From the NCBI GenBank assembly GCA_951804945.1, contig OX638158.1:38068001-38132000 (forward strand): a stretch of DNA of 64,000 nucleotides, written 5' to 3'. This document shows, in pieces, positions 52,028 through 64,000 of the stretch (positions are counted from its first letter, which is position 1; every line of letters starts with the position of its first letter). The notes under the pieces were generated by a model. It ran no database searches. It was not told the DNA's origin and saw only the letters and a list, made by a program, of their open reading frames with translations. A program made the position numbers and the translations under genes. This DNA is from Podarcis cretensis. Its lineage: Eukaryota.

Positions 52028-52371
52028 ACAGACCCTCCAAGTGTCCCTATTTTCCAAGGACGTCCCTGATTTAGAGAAGCCATCCCAGTTTCTGATTTGA
52101 TCCTGGAATATCCCACTTTCCTTAGGATGTCCCTATTTTCATTGGATAAATGTTGGAGGCTTTGTAATTATCTGACTCCCCCAGCCATCTGAAGGCAATG
52201 CTATATAGGGAAGGTTTTTTTTAAAAATGGTTAATGTTTTATTATGTTTTTATATATGCTGGAAGCTGCCTAGAGTGGCTGAGGCAACCCAGTAAGATGG
52301 GTATAAATAGTAAAATCATCATTATGGAATGGGACATCCCTATTTTCATCGGAGAAATGTCAGAGGGCATG
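52028..52371. mobile_element. Non-autonomous DNA-type repeat (tgtccctattttc family)
   Basis: Imperfect inverted ends cagaccctcc / gagggcatg and three internal tccctattttc repeats. Confidence 0.55.
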
Positions 52372-53228
52372 CGAGTAGAGGTATTTCAAGTGTATCACTG
52401 AGGCTTGTAGTATGAAATTATTCAAGGCTTTGGCAGCAAACCAACCAAAAAGTCACTACTGTAAGACACACAGAGAGAAATATTCCAGGTGCTTGGAATA
52501 TGACTTGGTCCAGGCTCAACATGTTTTGAGATGAATCCTTCTTCAGAGGTACATTTCTAGCTATATCCCAATGTGTAGAATATTGTCGTGACTGCTGTAC
52601 TGTATCCCATGTATACAATGATAACCACTGCTAAAAACATGCCCCAAGGAAGGATTTCTTCCATAATGTATTGGGCCTGGAATAAATATCATTCTGATCA
52701 CTTGGAATTTTCTCCCTCTCTCTTTATTTCTCATTCAGGGCTTGAATAAAGAATGATGTTTCAGGCCTACACTATTAGATTGCTCCCTGCTCCCTTAATT
52801 TTTTTTATTGGCAAGGATTTATTAATACATGTTGGTGTTAATAAACTAATCCCGAAAACTTTAATTGGTAGACTAATTAACTAAAGTTTTACTTGATCGG
52901 TAATGGTAAACTTTAATCAGCAGGTTGAGACTAAAAGGCATGTTTGTTTATATTTTAAGCTGGTTTGGCTGTGCCGTATTACTCTTAAAGGGGAAGGAAA
53001 AGTAAACTCTTAAAAGACAAGCACCTCTTGCTGCAACAAGAGTGAGCTTTGCTTGATTAAATTTAAATGATCTTTCAGTTAAAAGCTCAAAAAGGCTGAT
53101 ATGCAGAGGGGTTTAAAAGGCAGGTGATAAAGCAACTAAAGCAAATCTTGAATCATGCGCACATCAAGCTCTTCTCTTAGGGAAGCTCAGGGGATGATAG
53201 AAAGGGAGAGGGTATGAATGGAGTAGGC

Positions 53229-54749
53229 CAGGGATGTCCAACTCCAAAGAGAATGTGGGGGGGCCACTAGGGGGCGCATCGGAAGATGGCTGACAATAAC
53301 ATCTCTCCGACCCACACGAGGTAATTTGGAGGCTATGATGAGAGTAATTAGCCTCCCTACCCCGCCCCAGGATGGTGGGGGGGGGGACTGCCTTGCCTGC
53401 TGTGCCCTATACCACCCTCGAATTTGTGGGGATGGGGGCACTAGGCACAAAGCCCTCCTGTGGGATTCCGGTGCTCCTGGACGCCGTCCCTGATCTGCGC
53501 CACTAGCTGCAAGAACTTCAAAAGAAACAATTTGGATCAAGGAATGCACATATCTCAAGGAAGAAGGGGGAGTAAAGACTGCTAACAGAAGAGATCTCTG
53601 ATAAAATAAGACGAGTCGGAGGAACAAGAGAAATCATGAGAAGATACGCCAAGACTCGGTATGGCAAATGACTGATGGGGGAGGGGAAAAAAACTTTCCT
53701 TTCTTTCCTTATGTGATTAAACAAGAATCCCCTCCCCTCACGAGTCAGAAATGTCGTTTTAAGGACTTAAGCTGTGGATTTAAGGCTGTGTGGAGATAAA
53801 CTTTCGAACCAAAGTATGTTTTAAGAAGAGCGTGGAATGTATAAGAGCTTTGGAATGACGCAGTTAAAAATGCCGTCACCATATTGGGAAGTTCTGTCAG
53901 AGGACTTAAGTCTGAGAGGAGAAATAGAGAAATAGAGCTGTTTTTATATTGTGGGTGAAACTCCTCAGTGGGACTTAAGAGCGACAGTTTTGCGAGATTA
54001 ATGATGGAAAGAGCGATGTTATCTATGAAGGCGATGATATATGGAAACCATCTCGATTTGAGGATTGGAAGAACGGAAAAATTCACACAGGATTATTATT
54101 GGTGTTTATCGGCTTAAGGAGACTATCAGAAGAGATCATAAAGAAAAAAGAGAAAATATATGAACAAGATGTGATGTGGAAACAGCAAGATAAGACTGGA
54201 TAGAATTATGAACTCTGCTTGGATTGATTTGGACTGATTTGGACTAACGCAGTAGCAAGAAGATGATCAGAATCCCCCTTCGAATCTTGAAATATGGGTC
54301 CCCCCAGCAAAATTTAAAATTCGGCTTTGTAATTTGGAATTTATGTGATGTAATTTAATTTGATTTGATTGGCCGGTTAATAAAAATTATTTTTTAAAAA
54401 GAGAGAGAATGTGATCTACTCATAGAATAAAAAAACTGGCAGTGATCTACCCCTTTTTGGCAGGAAAATCCCATTTTTTTAGGGAGAAACGTTCTATTTT
54501 GGGGAACATGTCAAAATTTAGTAAAGAGGAAAAGTCACTAATAAAAGTATCACTAAGGAAACAATCTGCCTCACAGCGAAAGCTCCATCTTAGGTTCCAG
54601 CGACCAAGCGGAAATGGAGGAGGGGGTGAGGGGCCGGGGCTGGATGTTCTTGCCACCGCAGAAGAAAGGAAGCACGTGATCAACCGCGATTGACCAGAAC
54701 CTCCCGGGGATCGGCTGGTAGATCCCGATCGACCTGTTGGACACCCCTG
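53229..54749. mobile_element. hAT MITE hosting a retroposed insert
   Basis: TIR cagggatgtccaac / gttggacacccctg; 8-bp TSD gagtagg(c/g) at 53221-53228 and 54750-54757. Confidence 0.88.
53258..54403 (+). mobile_element. Full-length non-autonomous L1-type retroelement (~1.15 kb)
   Basis: G-run start, cggaagatggc (ETS/YY1-like), AATAAA at 54379, A tail; TSD agagaatgtg (53248-53257, 54404-54413); no sense ORF of 60 aa or more. Confidence 0.75.
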
Positions 54750-54789
54750 GAGTAGGGAACTGGATTCAGGTCTCATTTGAAGCCACATA

Positions 54790-55165
54790 TATCAAACCTG
54801 CCCTTTTCTAAACTATATGTGAACCAAAATACAACCTATCCTTTGAAATTTGTACTGTGCAGTTAGTCAACTAAACAATGTATTTTTGAAAATTCCTATC
54901 TTAAGGGAAAGCATGCTGAAAAATGAATATATTAGTAGAGTTAACACAAAAAATGCATTACATTGGAATAAATTGCTTACAAAAATGTGTACATTTGTCA
55001 ATACTGCATATTAAAATGTGTTTATTAGGAGAAATTCACACTAAAATGCTGATGAATTCCCATTAGATTTTTTTAAAAAAATTGTTGCAAAATGTGGTGA
55101 ACTGAATTTAAGACTGGGAAAATCAGAAACTGAGAGAACCAAGATTGGCAGATCTTTCCATCCCT
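54790..55165. mobile_element. AT-rich MITE family copy
   Basis: Homologous in inverted orientation to 60310-60721; ends in catccct. Confidence 0.55.
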
Positions 55166-55492
55166 TGCAGAAGGTCTTTTCATTTGTGATTCCTCATCTG
55201 CTCAGTGTTGTCCCCAGTGACATCTGCTTGGTGCTTTTGCTGATATCTTTTCAGCACATGCTGAAAATTTACCCTTCCCCACACAGCTTTTGATGGACTA
55301 GGATAATGTTGCTTTTGTTCTTAGTGTGAGGCCAAAGCTTTTTGTGGCTGTTGGGTTTCTCTTATTATTTTTAATTGCATGTGTTTTTGAAATGATATGT
55401 TAATGTTATAATGTAGTTTACTGATGCTTATGTTTTAAAATATGTTGTAAGTTGCTTAGAGATGTTTGCATAGCAAAGAACGATCTAGGCTA

Positions 55493-56082
55493 GGAATTAA
55501 GGAAAATGTTGAAAATCCCAGTTGTTAAAAAAACAGAGGCATATCTCCTAGGCTTGATAGTGAAAGATACACCGCAAGTGAAAAAAAGAATTTTCTATAT
55601 GAAGCTACAGTAGCCAGAGTAGTGATTGCTTCTAAATGGAAATCTCAAATCTTGCCCTCAAAAGAGGAGTGGATATGCAAATTAAATGAATATTTAGAAC
55701 TGGCAAAGCTAACATAAATCATAAGATATCAGTCAAATCAAAAATTAAAAAAGGAATGGAAATGTTTTGAAGATTATATGTTAAAGTATTGTTCTAAGAA
55801 AGATATGCTAATATGCTTAGAATAAAAATGTAAAATATATGTATGGATTGGAAAAGAAAAGAGATAAAAGAAGTACAAATAATGATACATTTGGAGAATG
55901 CAGGGATAAATGTGGAGATAAAGATTTAAAGAAGTTGAATTGTAGTGGAGGGAAGCTGCGGGTGGGTGGGTGAGGGGAGTACTACACAACAAATATGTTT
56001 GTTTTCAATGTTTTTTTCCTTCTCAATTTCATTTTTCCTTTCTGTTGATGTTCTGTTTTTACTGTACTATTTAAAAAAGAAG
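55493..56082 (+). mobile_element. L1 LINE 3' fragment
   Basis: Decayed ORF2 C-terminus (ATVARVVIASKWKSQILPSKEEWICKLNEYLELAKLT); 17-bp TSD aagaacgatctaggcta (55476-55492, 56083-56099). Confidence 0.9.
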
Positions 56083-56991
56083 AAGAACGATCTAGGCTAA
56101 TGATGATGATGATAATCAGGGCTATTTTTTTCAGTTAGAACTCACCAGAACTGAGTTCCGGCACCTCTCAGGTGGGGCACCACTGCCATTATAAGAGAAC
56201 AAGGAAAGTGTTCATGCTGGACCCATGCCAATTTGTGGGCAGACTAGAATCCACCCAGGCAATTTTCCCAGGTCTCAGGCATGGCTGTGGCCTGATTGCA
56301 ATGTTGCTGACCACGGAAGGTAAGCAGATTTGTGGAATTTGTCATTTTAAGACTCTAATCCTGATCATACTTACTCGGAAGTCAGTGCAACTGATTTTCA
56401 TGCAATTGATTTCCACATTTATGTGAATAAGTCCCTTGAGGTTCAAAGTTTGCTAGAGGACTGAAGCTTTTGCATGAATGAGGACAATAAAACCACAGAC
56501 CAAATCTGAAAAACTCAAAACAAAATGTGCACTCTCTTGCTCTTCATATCTGACAAAGAAAAGATGAGTGGCATTAAAAAAAAAAGCCAAATCAAATTGA
56601 TTTTGGTGGAAAACGTCCTGTACTTTAGCACTGAAGTGTTTATTGGCAGAGAGGCAAATATGCTTCTACACTATTTTCATTTTCCCAGAGCACAACTTAA
56701 TTAATGCTGTCATCTAGCTGAGGGAAACAGACTCCCACCATAACAGTCCTCCCACGCCAGAAGATCAATGGACCCCTGCAAGGTACAACAGAAAGAAATT
56801 AGAACGTGCATCAAATTTGTGAAGCTGATAAAGAAAACACATTTGCCCTTCATGTATTTTTAAAGAGGCTCTTTTTCATTATTCCTTATAAATGACTGTT
56901 CAGTAAAAGCTACAAGACTATGTGGAAATAAGCGTTACTCCTTCGCAAATTGCCAAGTTTTCTCTAGCTTCGCACCGAGGCTCGTATGAAC

Positions 56992-57558
56992 TGTCAGCAT
57001 CGCCCTTGAGCCCGTGTCACCAACTGGACTCATCCACTCAGCCTGACTGGGCTAGGCGAGCTGGGTAGCACTTCCAGAGACCACCTTCTGCACAGGAACA
57101 GGTCAAAGTGCTGTGGACTCACAGCTTAGAGTTGTGAGCACCGGATTCACTTCCACAAGAAGACAGTCGTCAGACAGCAGAGTATAGCAGAGCATAAACG
57201 ACTCAGAGAGCAGCTCTGTAGAATCTTCTTTATTCTATCTACAACTATAATGCACAACTATATACAGAGCTAAATGAGGTCTAAACTGAAAAATGCTGAA
57301 CTGCACTGAGTGTCTGCAGCTGCTCTTAGCAGCAACCTTATCTATACACACAATCTCTCTCTAACACTCAGTCTCTCTCTCTCCGACATGTGAGGCTGGA
57401 GCGGAATAAGTAGAGAGCAGAAACCGCCCCTCCTCTCTGGAGAATCAGCAGAGCACATCAGCACATCAGCAGATTCTTGGATATGGGAGGGATGAAATCT
57501 CCTCATGAACCTCTGTTCTGACGATTCTTTACATTTTCTTTCATTCCTCACTCAAACA
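56992..57558 (-). mobile_element. Probable LTR (Copia/Gypsy-like), boundaries uncertain
   Basis: TGT...ACA ends, minus-strand aataaa followed by a U5-like tract; no TSD identified. Confidence 0.4.
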
Positions 57559-58080
57559 GTTTCTGGGCTGCTTCTTCCATAGGATCAAAATGAGAAACAA
57601 TGGGAAACGAATAAAACAACATGCAAAACTGTAGAATAAAACACAGGCCCAAGTCATTCTGAATCTGTTTACTATTGAGAAGTCAACACTGACATCAACC
57701 AGAACTTATAACATCTTTCATTTTTGTTCTGGGGGAAAAAAAACTATCTTCAATGAGGCATGTATCGTTGAAATGCTCTACGCCACTGATCTCCAACTGG
57801 TGGGTTGCAATCTGACCCAAGGAGGACCAGGAGCATTACCACCATGTAAATCTGTTTTAAAAGAAATGGGTTAAAAGTGGGTTAAAAGAGCCAGTGTGGT
57901 GTAGTGGTTAAGAGCGGTAGTCTTGTAATCTGGGGAACTGGGTTCGGGTCTCCGCTCCTCCACATGCAGCTGCTGGGTGACCTTGCGCTAGTCACACTTC
58001 TCTGAAGTCTCTCAGCTCCACTCACCTCACAGAGTGTTTGTTGTGGGGGAGGAAGGGAAAGGAGAATGTTAGCCGCTTTG

Positions 58081-59703
58081 GACTTCCGGGTTGGCGCCAT
58101 CGTCGAATGGCGGACTCCCTCCGAGCTCCGGAGGGAGCCTGCTCGGCAGGGGCTGGGTTCTACCGCGCCGGCGACGCGGGGACCCTCAAAAACCATGGGC
58201 GCTGAAACCCATGGGCATGGTGACTCGGCGGGCACCGTTTGCGCCCCCCCGACCTGCGAAGGAGCCTTTTTAAAGGCTGCGGAGCGGGTGACAGGGGGGG
58301 GGTGGTGCTGTGAGTCCTCCGCTTCCCCTGCCGAGCGAAGCCGCATGCCATTCGACGGAGAGCGCTGACTTCTTCCATTGAAAATTTGGTCTTTAAAAGA
58401 ATAACCCGTGAGTAATTGGAACTTGGATTAAAAAAGGGGAAAAATTCTATTTAAATTCGGAGCGAGCGGGGGAAGTGCAAAAAGGAAGTCAGCCTCCCCC
58501 CTGTTGTAGAGGAGCTAAAGCAAAGGATTTGACAACTAAGATCGAGTGTAACCTTTTTTTGATAAAGTTATTAACTTCGCGATGGAAAATTATAAGACTG
58601 GGCTGGAGGAGAAAAGTGGAATGTGAATTAAAATGCAACCCCCCCCCCCGAAACCCCGGGAGCGATCTGAAAGAGCGCCGGGAGAGGAGAAATAGAGGTT
58701 TTGACAGCTGTCAAAGGAGCTGTCAAAGCGGAAGAACAAAAAGAGAACTTTGTTACGAGGACTTTGCTGGTCACATTTGTTACAAATTGGATATAAATTG
58801 TTTAAAACAAGGAATAATAAGTTACTTTGACTGTTGGGTGTGATCAGGAAGGAAACTGAGTTACTATAATCCCTCTAGAGGAGCTGTGGGACACTACAAG
58901 TATTGTTGGCATCGAATTTGAATAGGACTTTTTATCGCCTGGGAAACTGCAGAAATGGAACACTATTTTGTCTACAGAGGTCTACACACTAAAGGAGACA
59001 ATAGATTTATCTATTGAAGAATGGAAGGGACTTGACGTAATGTTTTGTGCCTGAATAACAAAGCCTCTGCAGAGGAATTAGAAGCTTTTTGGAATTAGAA
59101 CATTTGTGCAGGAGAGCAGGGGGGAAAAAAAAAGAGGAGGAGAGAGAACAACAAGAACAATAAGAATAACAAGAACTGGACAAAGTTGGAAGATAGACTC
59201 CTTCCAAGACTGGACATGTGAAACCAAAGATGACCAAAAGATGGCAAAGACTAATAAAAAGACGGCAAAGCAGACTGGTGAAGGACTGTGGTTTAGATGT
59301 GGGAGCTCCAGGATGACAGTAGACATTGATGGACATTGGGAACGCAACCGGGAAAGGGGGGAGGGAAATTTGGAATCCAAAGGGTGTTAAATTACATTTT
59401 ATTCTTTTTTTTATCTTTCTGTTTATCTTAATCTGTATTGCATATTAAAGACGGGAACTCGTGGAAGGGAACAGGTTGATTTTAGGGGATGGGAAAATAT
59501 TTTTTTTAAATTGGGCCAATGATAATAATTTTAAAATTTGGGATAAGAATTTGTTGAATCTATTTGAAAGAATTGGAATACAAGAGGGGGAGGGGAGGGG
59601 AAGTCCTGGAAAGATGCCAATGAAAATAAGGTTTTAAATTTGGATGTTTTTCTTTTTCTGTTATATTTGAAAATCTTTAATAAATATTATTTAAAAAAAA
59701 AAA
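58081..59703 (+). mobile_element. Full-length non-autonomous L1-type retroelement (1.62 kb)
   Basis: Perfect 19-bp TSD gagaatgttagccgctttg (58062-58080, 59704-59722); CpG-rich 5' end starting gacttccgg...ggcgccat...aatggcgg; AATAAA and polyA. Confidence 0.88.
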
Positions 59704-59736
59704 GAGAATGTTAGCCGCTTTGAGACTCCTAGGGTA

Positions 59737-59794
59737 CTGCTCTGGTCCATGGGGTCACAAAGAGTCGGACACGACTAAACGACTAAACAACAAC
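59737..59794 (+). mobile_element. Minimal RTE-BovB 3' end (58 bp)
   Basis: Nearly identical to the 3' end of the copy at 6173-6229; TSD agggta (59731-59736, 59795-59800). Confidence 0.92.
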
Positions 59795-59909
59795 AGGGTA
59801 GTGATAAAGCAGGATATCAAATCGAAACTCTTCTTCTTCTTCTTGGGTCTGAAAAAGTTGAAGATACCTGCTCTACGTGAATATGTGACACGTAGAAGAA
59901 TGTGTAGAA

Positions 59910-60234
59910 CATGGGTAGGCAAACTAAGGCCCAGAGGCCGGATCTGGCCCAATCGCCTTCTAAATCCGGCCCACGGATGGTCCAGGAATCAGCATGTTTT
60001 TACATGAGTAGAATGTGTCCTTTTATTTAAAATGCATCTCTGGGTTATTTGTGGGACCTGCCTGGTGTTGTTACATGAATAGAATGTGTGCTTTTATTTG
60101 AAATGCATCTCTGGGTTATTTGTGGAGCATAGGAATTCATTCTTTTCCTTTCCCCCCAAAATATAGTCCAGCCCCCCCACAAGGTCTGAGAGACAGTGGA
60201 CCGGCCCCTTGCTGAAAAAGTTTGCTGACCCCTG
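59910..60234. mobile_element. hAT (Charlie-like) MITE
   Basis: TIR catgggtaggcaaact / agtttgctgacccctg; perfect 8-bp TSD gtgtagaa; internal ~70-bp tandem duplication. Confidence 0.9.
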
Positions 60235-60309
60235 GTGTAGAAGAAGGATTGACAGCATGGGAGTGTGATGGAATACTGAGCGGCATTACAGACAGTGGTA
60301 TCTGGCTAA

Positions 60310-60721
60310 AAAATGGCAAATCTGTCCATTTTCATTTCGGTTTTTCATTTTTCCAAACATGAGTTCAGTTCTCCACATTTGCACATCAGTTTATCAAGTC
60401 CTTGTGAAAATTTTTCAGCATTTTAGAGCAAATTTCTCTTAACAGACACCTTTAATGCAATTTTGCCAATATATACAATTCAAAGCATTTCCCCTAATAT
60501 AATGCGTTTTTCTCTCCTGTTTTCAGTGAGATATGCATTTTTATGCACATTTTTAGTAGCACATGCATTTTTGCACACAAGCTGAATAACTGCACTGAAA
60601 AGATCAGAGAAATGTGAATTTAGAAGGATGATTATTTTTTGGTTTGTGTATTGTTTCAGGAAGTGCAGATCAGGTAGATTCACCTTTAAATGTGAACAAA
60701 ACTGAATTTCTCCTACATCCC
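60310..60721. mobile_element. AT-rich MITE family copy
   Basis: Reverse-complement similarity to 54790-55165. Confidence 0.55.
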
Positions 60722-62219
60722 AAAATCTAAGAACAGACTATCAAAATCAGTCGACTTCATTTCAGTGTGTGGTTGTGCATCCTGGAAGACCTTTTCCCTG
60801 TCTTTCAGGCCTTTTTCTACCTGGCCTGGGAAGAAGGGAAGGACTGACTCCAGCTACAAAAGCTGAGGCTGTGAACTAGGGTGGAGTGTTGTTTAGAGCT
60901 TATTGTTGTGGGGTGTGGGGGTTGTTGCTGTTATTTATATTTTTTTGTATTTTAGATCTTACGATTTATGTGGAATTTGGTTGTGCATTTTTGATGCTTT
61001 ATTAATTATTTATGACTACTTTTGTTATGTATGTAACTAGGACATTTTTACATGTTGTAAGCATGAGTGAAGAAAGGACAGAGAATGTATAGAAAGAATG
61101 CTAGATTAATCTTGCCAGCCTCTTTAAATGTCATGGCACATAGGAGAGCATGCAGATTCTGCACCTTCTGTCATTCTCTCTACTCATTCACTTCTCCCTC
61201 TCAACTCATGTCCAAAGCTCTCATTTTCAAAAGCATTTTTTGAATTGAAAACAACTCCATAGTAGAGCAACTTTCACCAAGTATATCAGGTTAGAAACCC
61301 TCAATACAAATCCTCTTCTTCAAAGCAGCATTCCTTGAGCTACAAGTGCTACTTTGTTCACACCTTAATGTAGATACTACAAGAACTGGGTATCTCCTCA
61401 TCCCTAAATGTGATGCTTTTGTGCCTAGCTGAAATTCAAATGACATACTCTTACATGCAGTGTTGACCTTGTGTATATATATATTTATTTTAAAAACTTG
61501 CAATTTAGTTTCTGTGAGTTCTTAATCTCATTTTTTTCAATTGTTTGAGAACCTCTATTTCATTGCTCAAGACAATTGACTAGTGTTGCAAACATAATGC
61601 TTATATAAATGGATTCACATTTTCAGGATGATAAAATATCATCTAATTTAATTATTCAGCACACCTCTCTCTTTTAATGTCTTGCTAATTCAAGCAAGAA
61701 ATTAACCTAAGGAATCAGTCTAAACCCCTAAGAAAGAAAGAACTGTGCCAGCAGGACACTCAGTATGTGCTGCTTTTGAAACTGTATATGCTAACCCTAA
61801 ATACTCCCAGATGCATTTGAAAGAACTCACAATTTAAAGGGACTGATGCCTTAATAGGGAGTGATTCATTTTCATTCACTGAATCTAATATCTGGTAAAA
61901 TAAGACTAAGGGTAATATCCAGTGTTGCACAAGCAGATTTCCCCTTCCTGCCTTCTACCAAGAGGCTCCCTCAACCTTCTGATACACGTATAGGTTGACG
62001 TATAGGGAACGGAGTGGAAGGGAAAGTCCTGTTGAATGAGCAGATGCCAATTTCATTATTGGATAGACATAATTAGATATCACCCATTATGATAACCCGG
62101 GAATGCTGTTTCACTCTTTCGTTAACATCCATCAATCTACATGTTTTCTTGGATCTGGGGGTTTTACACTTCAAATTTCTGTTTGAGCTATGAAGGGCCA
62201 ATATTAACAGATGATGATC

Positions 62220-62615
62220 ATAAAATCATAGAACTGTAGAGTTGGAAGGACCCAAAGGGTCTTCTAGTCTAACCCCCCCCCCCCCCATGCAGAAATCACA
62301 ACTAAATAATCGCTTGACAGATGACCACCCAAGCTCTGTTTAAAAACATCCAATGAAGGAGAGTCTACCACCTTCTGAGATAGTCCATTCTACTGTAGAC
62401 TAGCTCTTAACACCAGAAAGTTCTGCCTAATATTTAGTTAGGATTTTCTTTAAATTTGAATCCATTGGTTTGGATCCTACCCTTAGGAGCAGCAGCAAAC
62501 AAGCTTGCTTCATCTTGCACGTGACCACCCTTTAGATATTTGAAGATGGCTATCATATCATTTCTCAGTCTTCTCTTCTCTTTTCCAGGCTAAACATACC
62601 CAATTCCCTTCAACT
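62220..62615 (-). mobile_element. Older CR1 3' fragment
   Basis: Diverged homolog of 48600-48980. Confidence 0.85.
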
Positions 62616-63339
62616 GCCTATAGTCCCTACTTTCTTTATTCACAAGTATCAAGATAAAAGGTATTATTTACATCAGGATACTTGTCATGCTTTTGGTTGT
62701 GCATTACAGCACACAGGCAGAAGAGGAGGAAACTATTACTTGAAAATTTCTATTGCATCAGTTAAACATAGATGTGAATAAGGAAATCTGGTAGTCTTAC
62801 TTACCGAGAGTTAGGGTTTCTTACAATAGTTTCTAGAAGGCCCAGTCCAATATCTGCTCCTGCTTTCTGTATTAGCCTCCACTTCCTCCTTGAGTGTAGC
62901 TGCGAGATAGGGCCATGTTCAGAGAGGGGCCTGTGGGGAGAAAGGGGACTGGCTGCAAAAAGGCTATTACAGCTCTTGTCTCTGAATGGAAAGTCGTGGA
63001 GGCAATGCCCTACATGGTTTCTCATCAAGTAATACTTTAAATACTTAAAACAAATGAAGTTATTTGTACTTGTGTTCTATCTGTTCTGCAAGGATTTCCT
63101 ACTCTTTAGGTTCATTCACCACAATATTTATGATCTTGCTATGAAAGAGGATGTCTTACAGGGAAAGGAGTCTTTATTGTAGTGTCATTCAATCCTGGCA
63201 AACAGAACAAACCCGGTTTTGTTCTGAATCACAGGACAGTGGCAGCACCATGGATAGCTCAACTCGCTCCAACAAAGGGTGAAGAGGAACTGAGGCCTTG
63301 TGAATCTCTTCCTCCAATCCACACTGCCCAGGCTCTGTC

Positions 63340-63478
63340 CCAGTGGTAGGGGACCTGAGGCCCTGCAGATGTTGTTGAGCCACAGCTCCAACCATCCTTG
63401 ACCATTGGCCATGTGGACTGTGACTAACAGGATTTGAAGTCCAATAGTACCTGAAGGGCTATAGGTTTCCCACCCTTG
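63340..63478. mobile_element. Decayed palindromic hAT-type MITE
   Basis: cagatgttgttg...ccatcc...gaagtccaa arms related to 36435-36572. Confidence 0.6.
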
Positions 63479-64000
63479 CTCTATCTCCTTGGCCTGAAGA
63501 CTATGGATATTAAAGGGCAGCTGCTGCCACCCAGCCTGAAAACAGACATCATCCTCTTTCTATGGCCTGTGTCTTGGTGTGTTCCTCATGCCTTTGGGCA
63601 GACATGGCACTTGGGGAAGGACTTGGATCTTCAGTTGAGTCAAGCTTGGGGAATGGCATCTATGAGGGTCCCAGCACCACCAGCCTCCGATTGGCTCTAG
63701 CAACAGGAGGTTGATCCAGGTCTCCAGCAAGGTGGTACGGCAGCCCTGGACTCACCTGGCTTCACCTCCTCAGATTCTGAGCTTTAGACCAAAGTCACAA
63801 CAGGTTGTGATTTCATTTAACTCCATGCACTATATTCACCTTCACTTTGTATCTTCCCCCTTAATACTTGGTACAACCAACATTTGGCAAGTTTAGAATA
63901 AGTTTAAATGGTGATGCCTAAACTGATATGTCTTGTTGGCTAACTTGTTCGTACAGGTTTTTGTCTCCTATTCCTCACTGCAATCCTCCAGAATTCTGGT

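Larger units (their letters stand above)
57886..59843 (+). mobile_element. tRNA-derived Squam3-like SINE, split by two insertions
   Basis: A box gtggtgtagtggtt, B box gggttcgggtc, gctgggtgaccttg body; resumes at 59704 and ends in a (CTT)n tail. Confidence 0.85.

Noticed and set aside
57882-58843. GC-rich ORFs / CpG island as a host gene promoter
   Set aside because: They lie within a TSD-flanked retroelement and its host SINE, with no recognisable protein similarity.

Overview
This is AT-rich vertebrate genomic DNA, almost certainly from a squamate and probably a lacertid lizard, judging by the Sauria SINEs, RTE-BovB, tRNA-Lys/CR1 SINE and Squam3-like SINE. It contains five coding exons (3-7) of epiphycan (EPYC, + strand, 10130-16678); the first coding exon was not found and is probably upstream. 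These are followed in the same orientation by intronless CCER1 (23663-24427), matching the amniote EPYC-CCER1 order. The remaining ~40 kb has no recognisable host gene and is dense with nested TEs (L1, L2, CR1, RTE, SINEs, hAT/mariner MITEs, solo LTRs); there is one 137-bp N gap. Main observations: (1) two divergent solo LTRs carry an ORF open from their first codon, with a C-terminal peptide showing a synonymous-biased, purifying-selection-like pattern; (2) lizard CCER1 shows a HEXIM-like basic / PxNTTQF / acidic architecture and an eroded 5' extension; (3) an L1 with a twin-priming 5' inversion; (4) two full-length, ORF-less elements with L1 insertion hallmarks; (5) L1-type insertions at GAA-rich targets with target-derived stutter tails. 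All analysis was by eye; reference protein sequences are recalled from memory, not searched.
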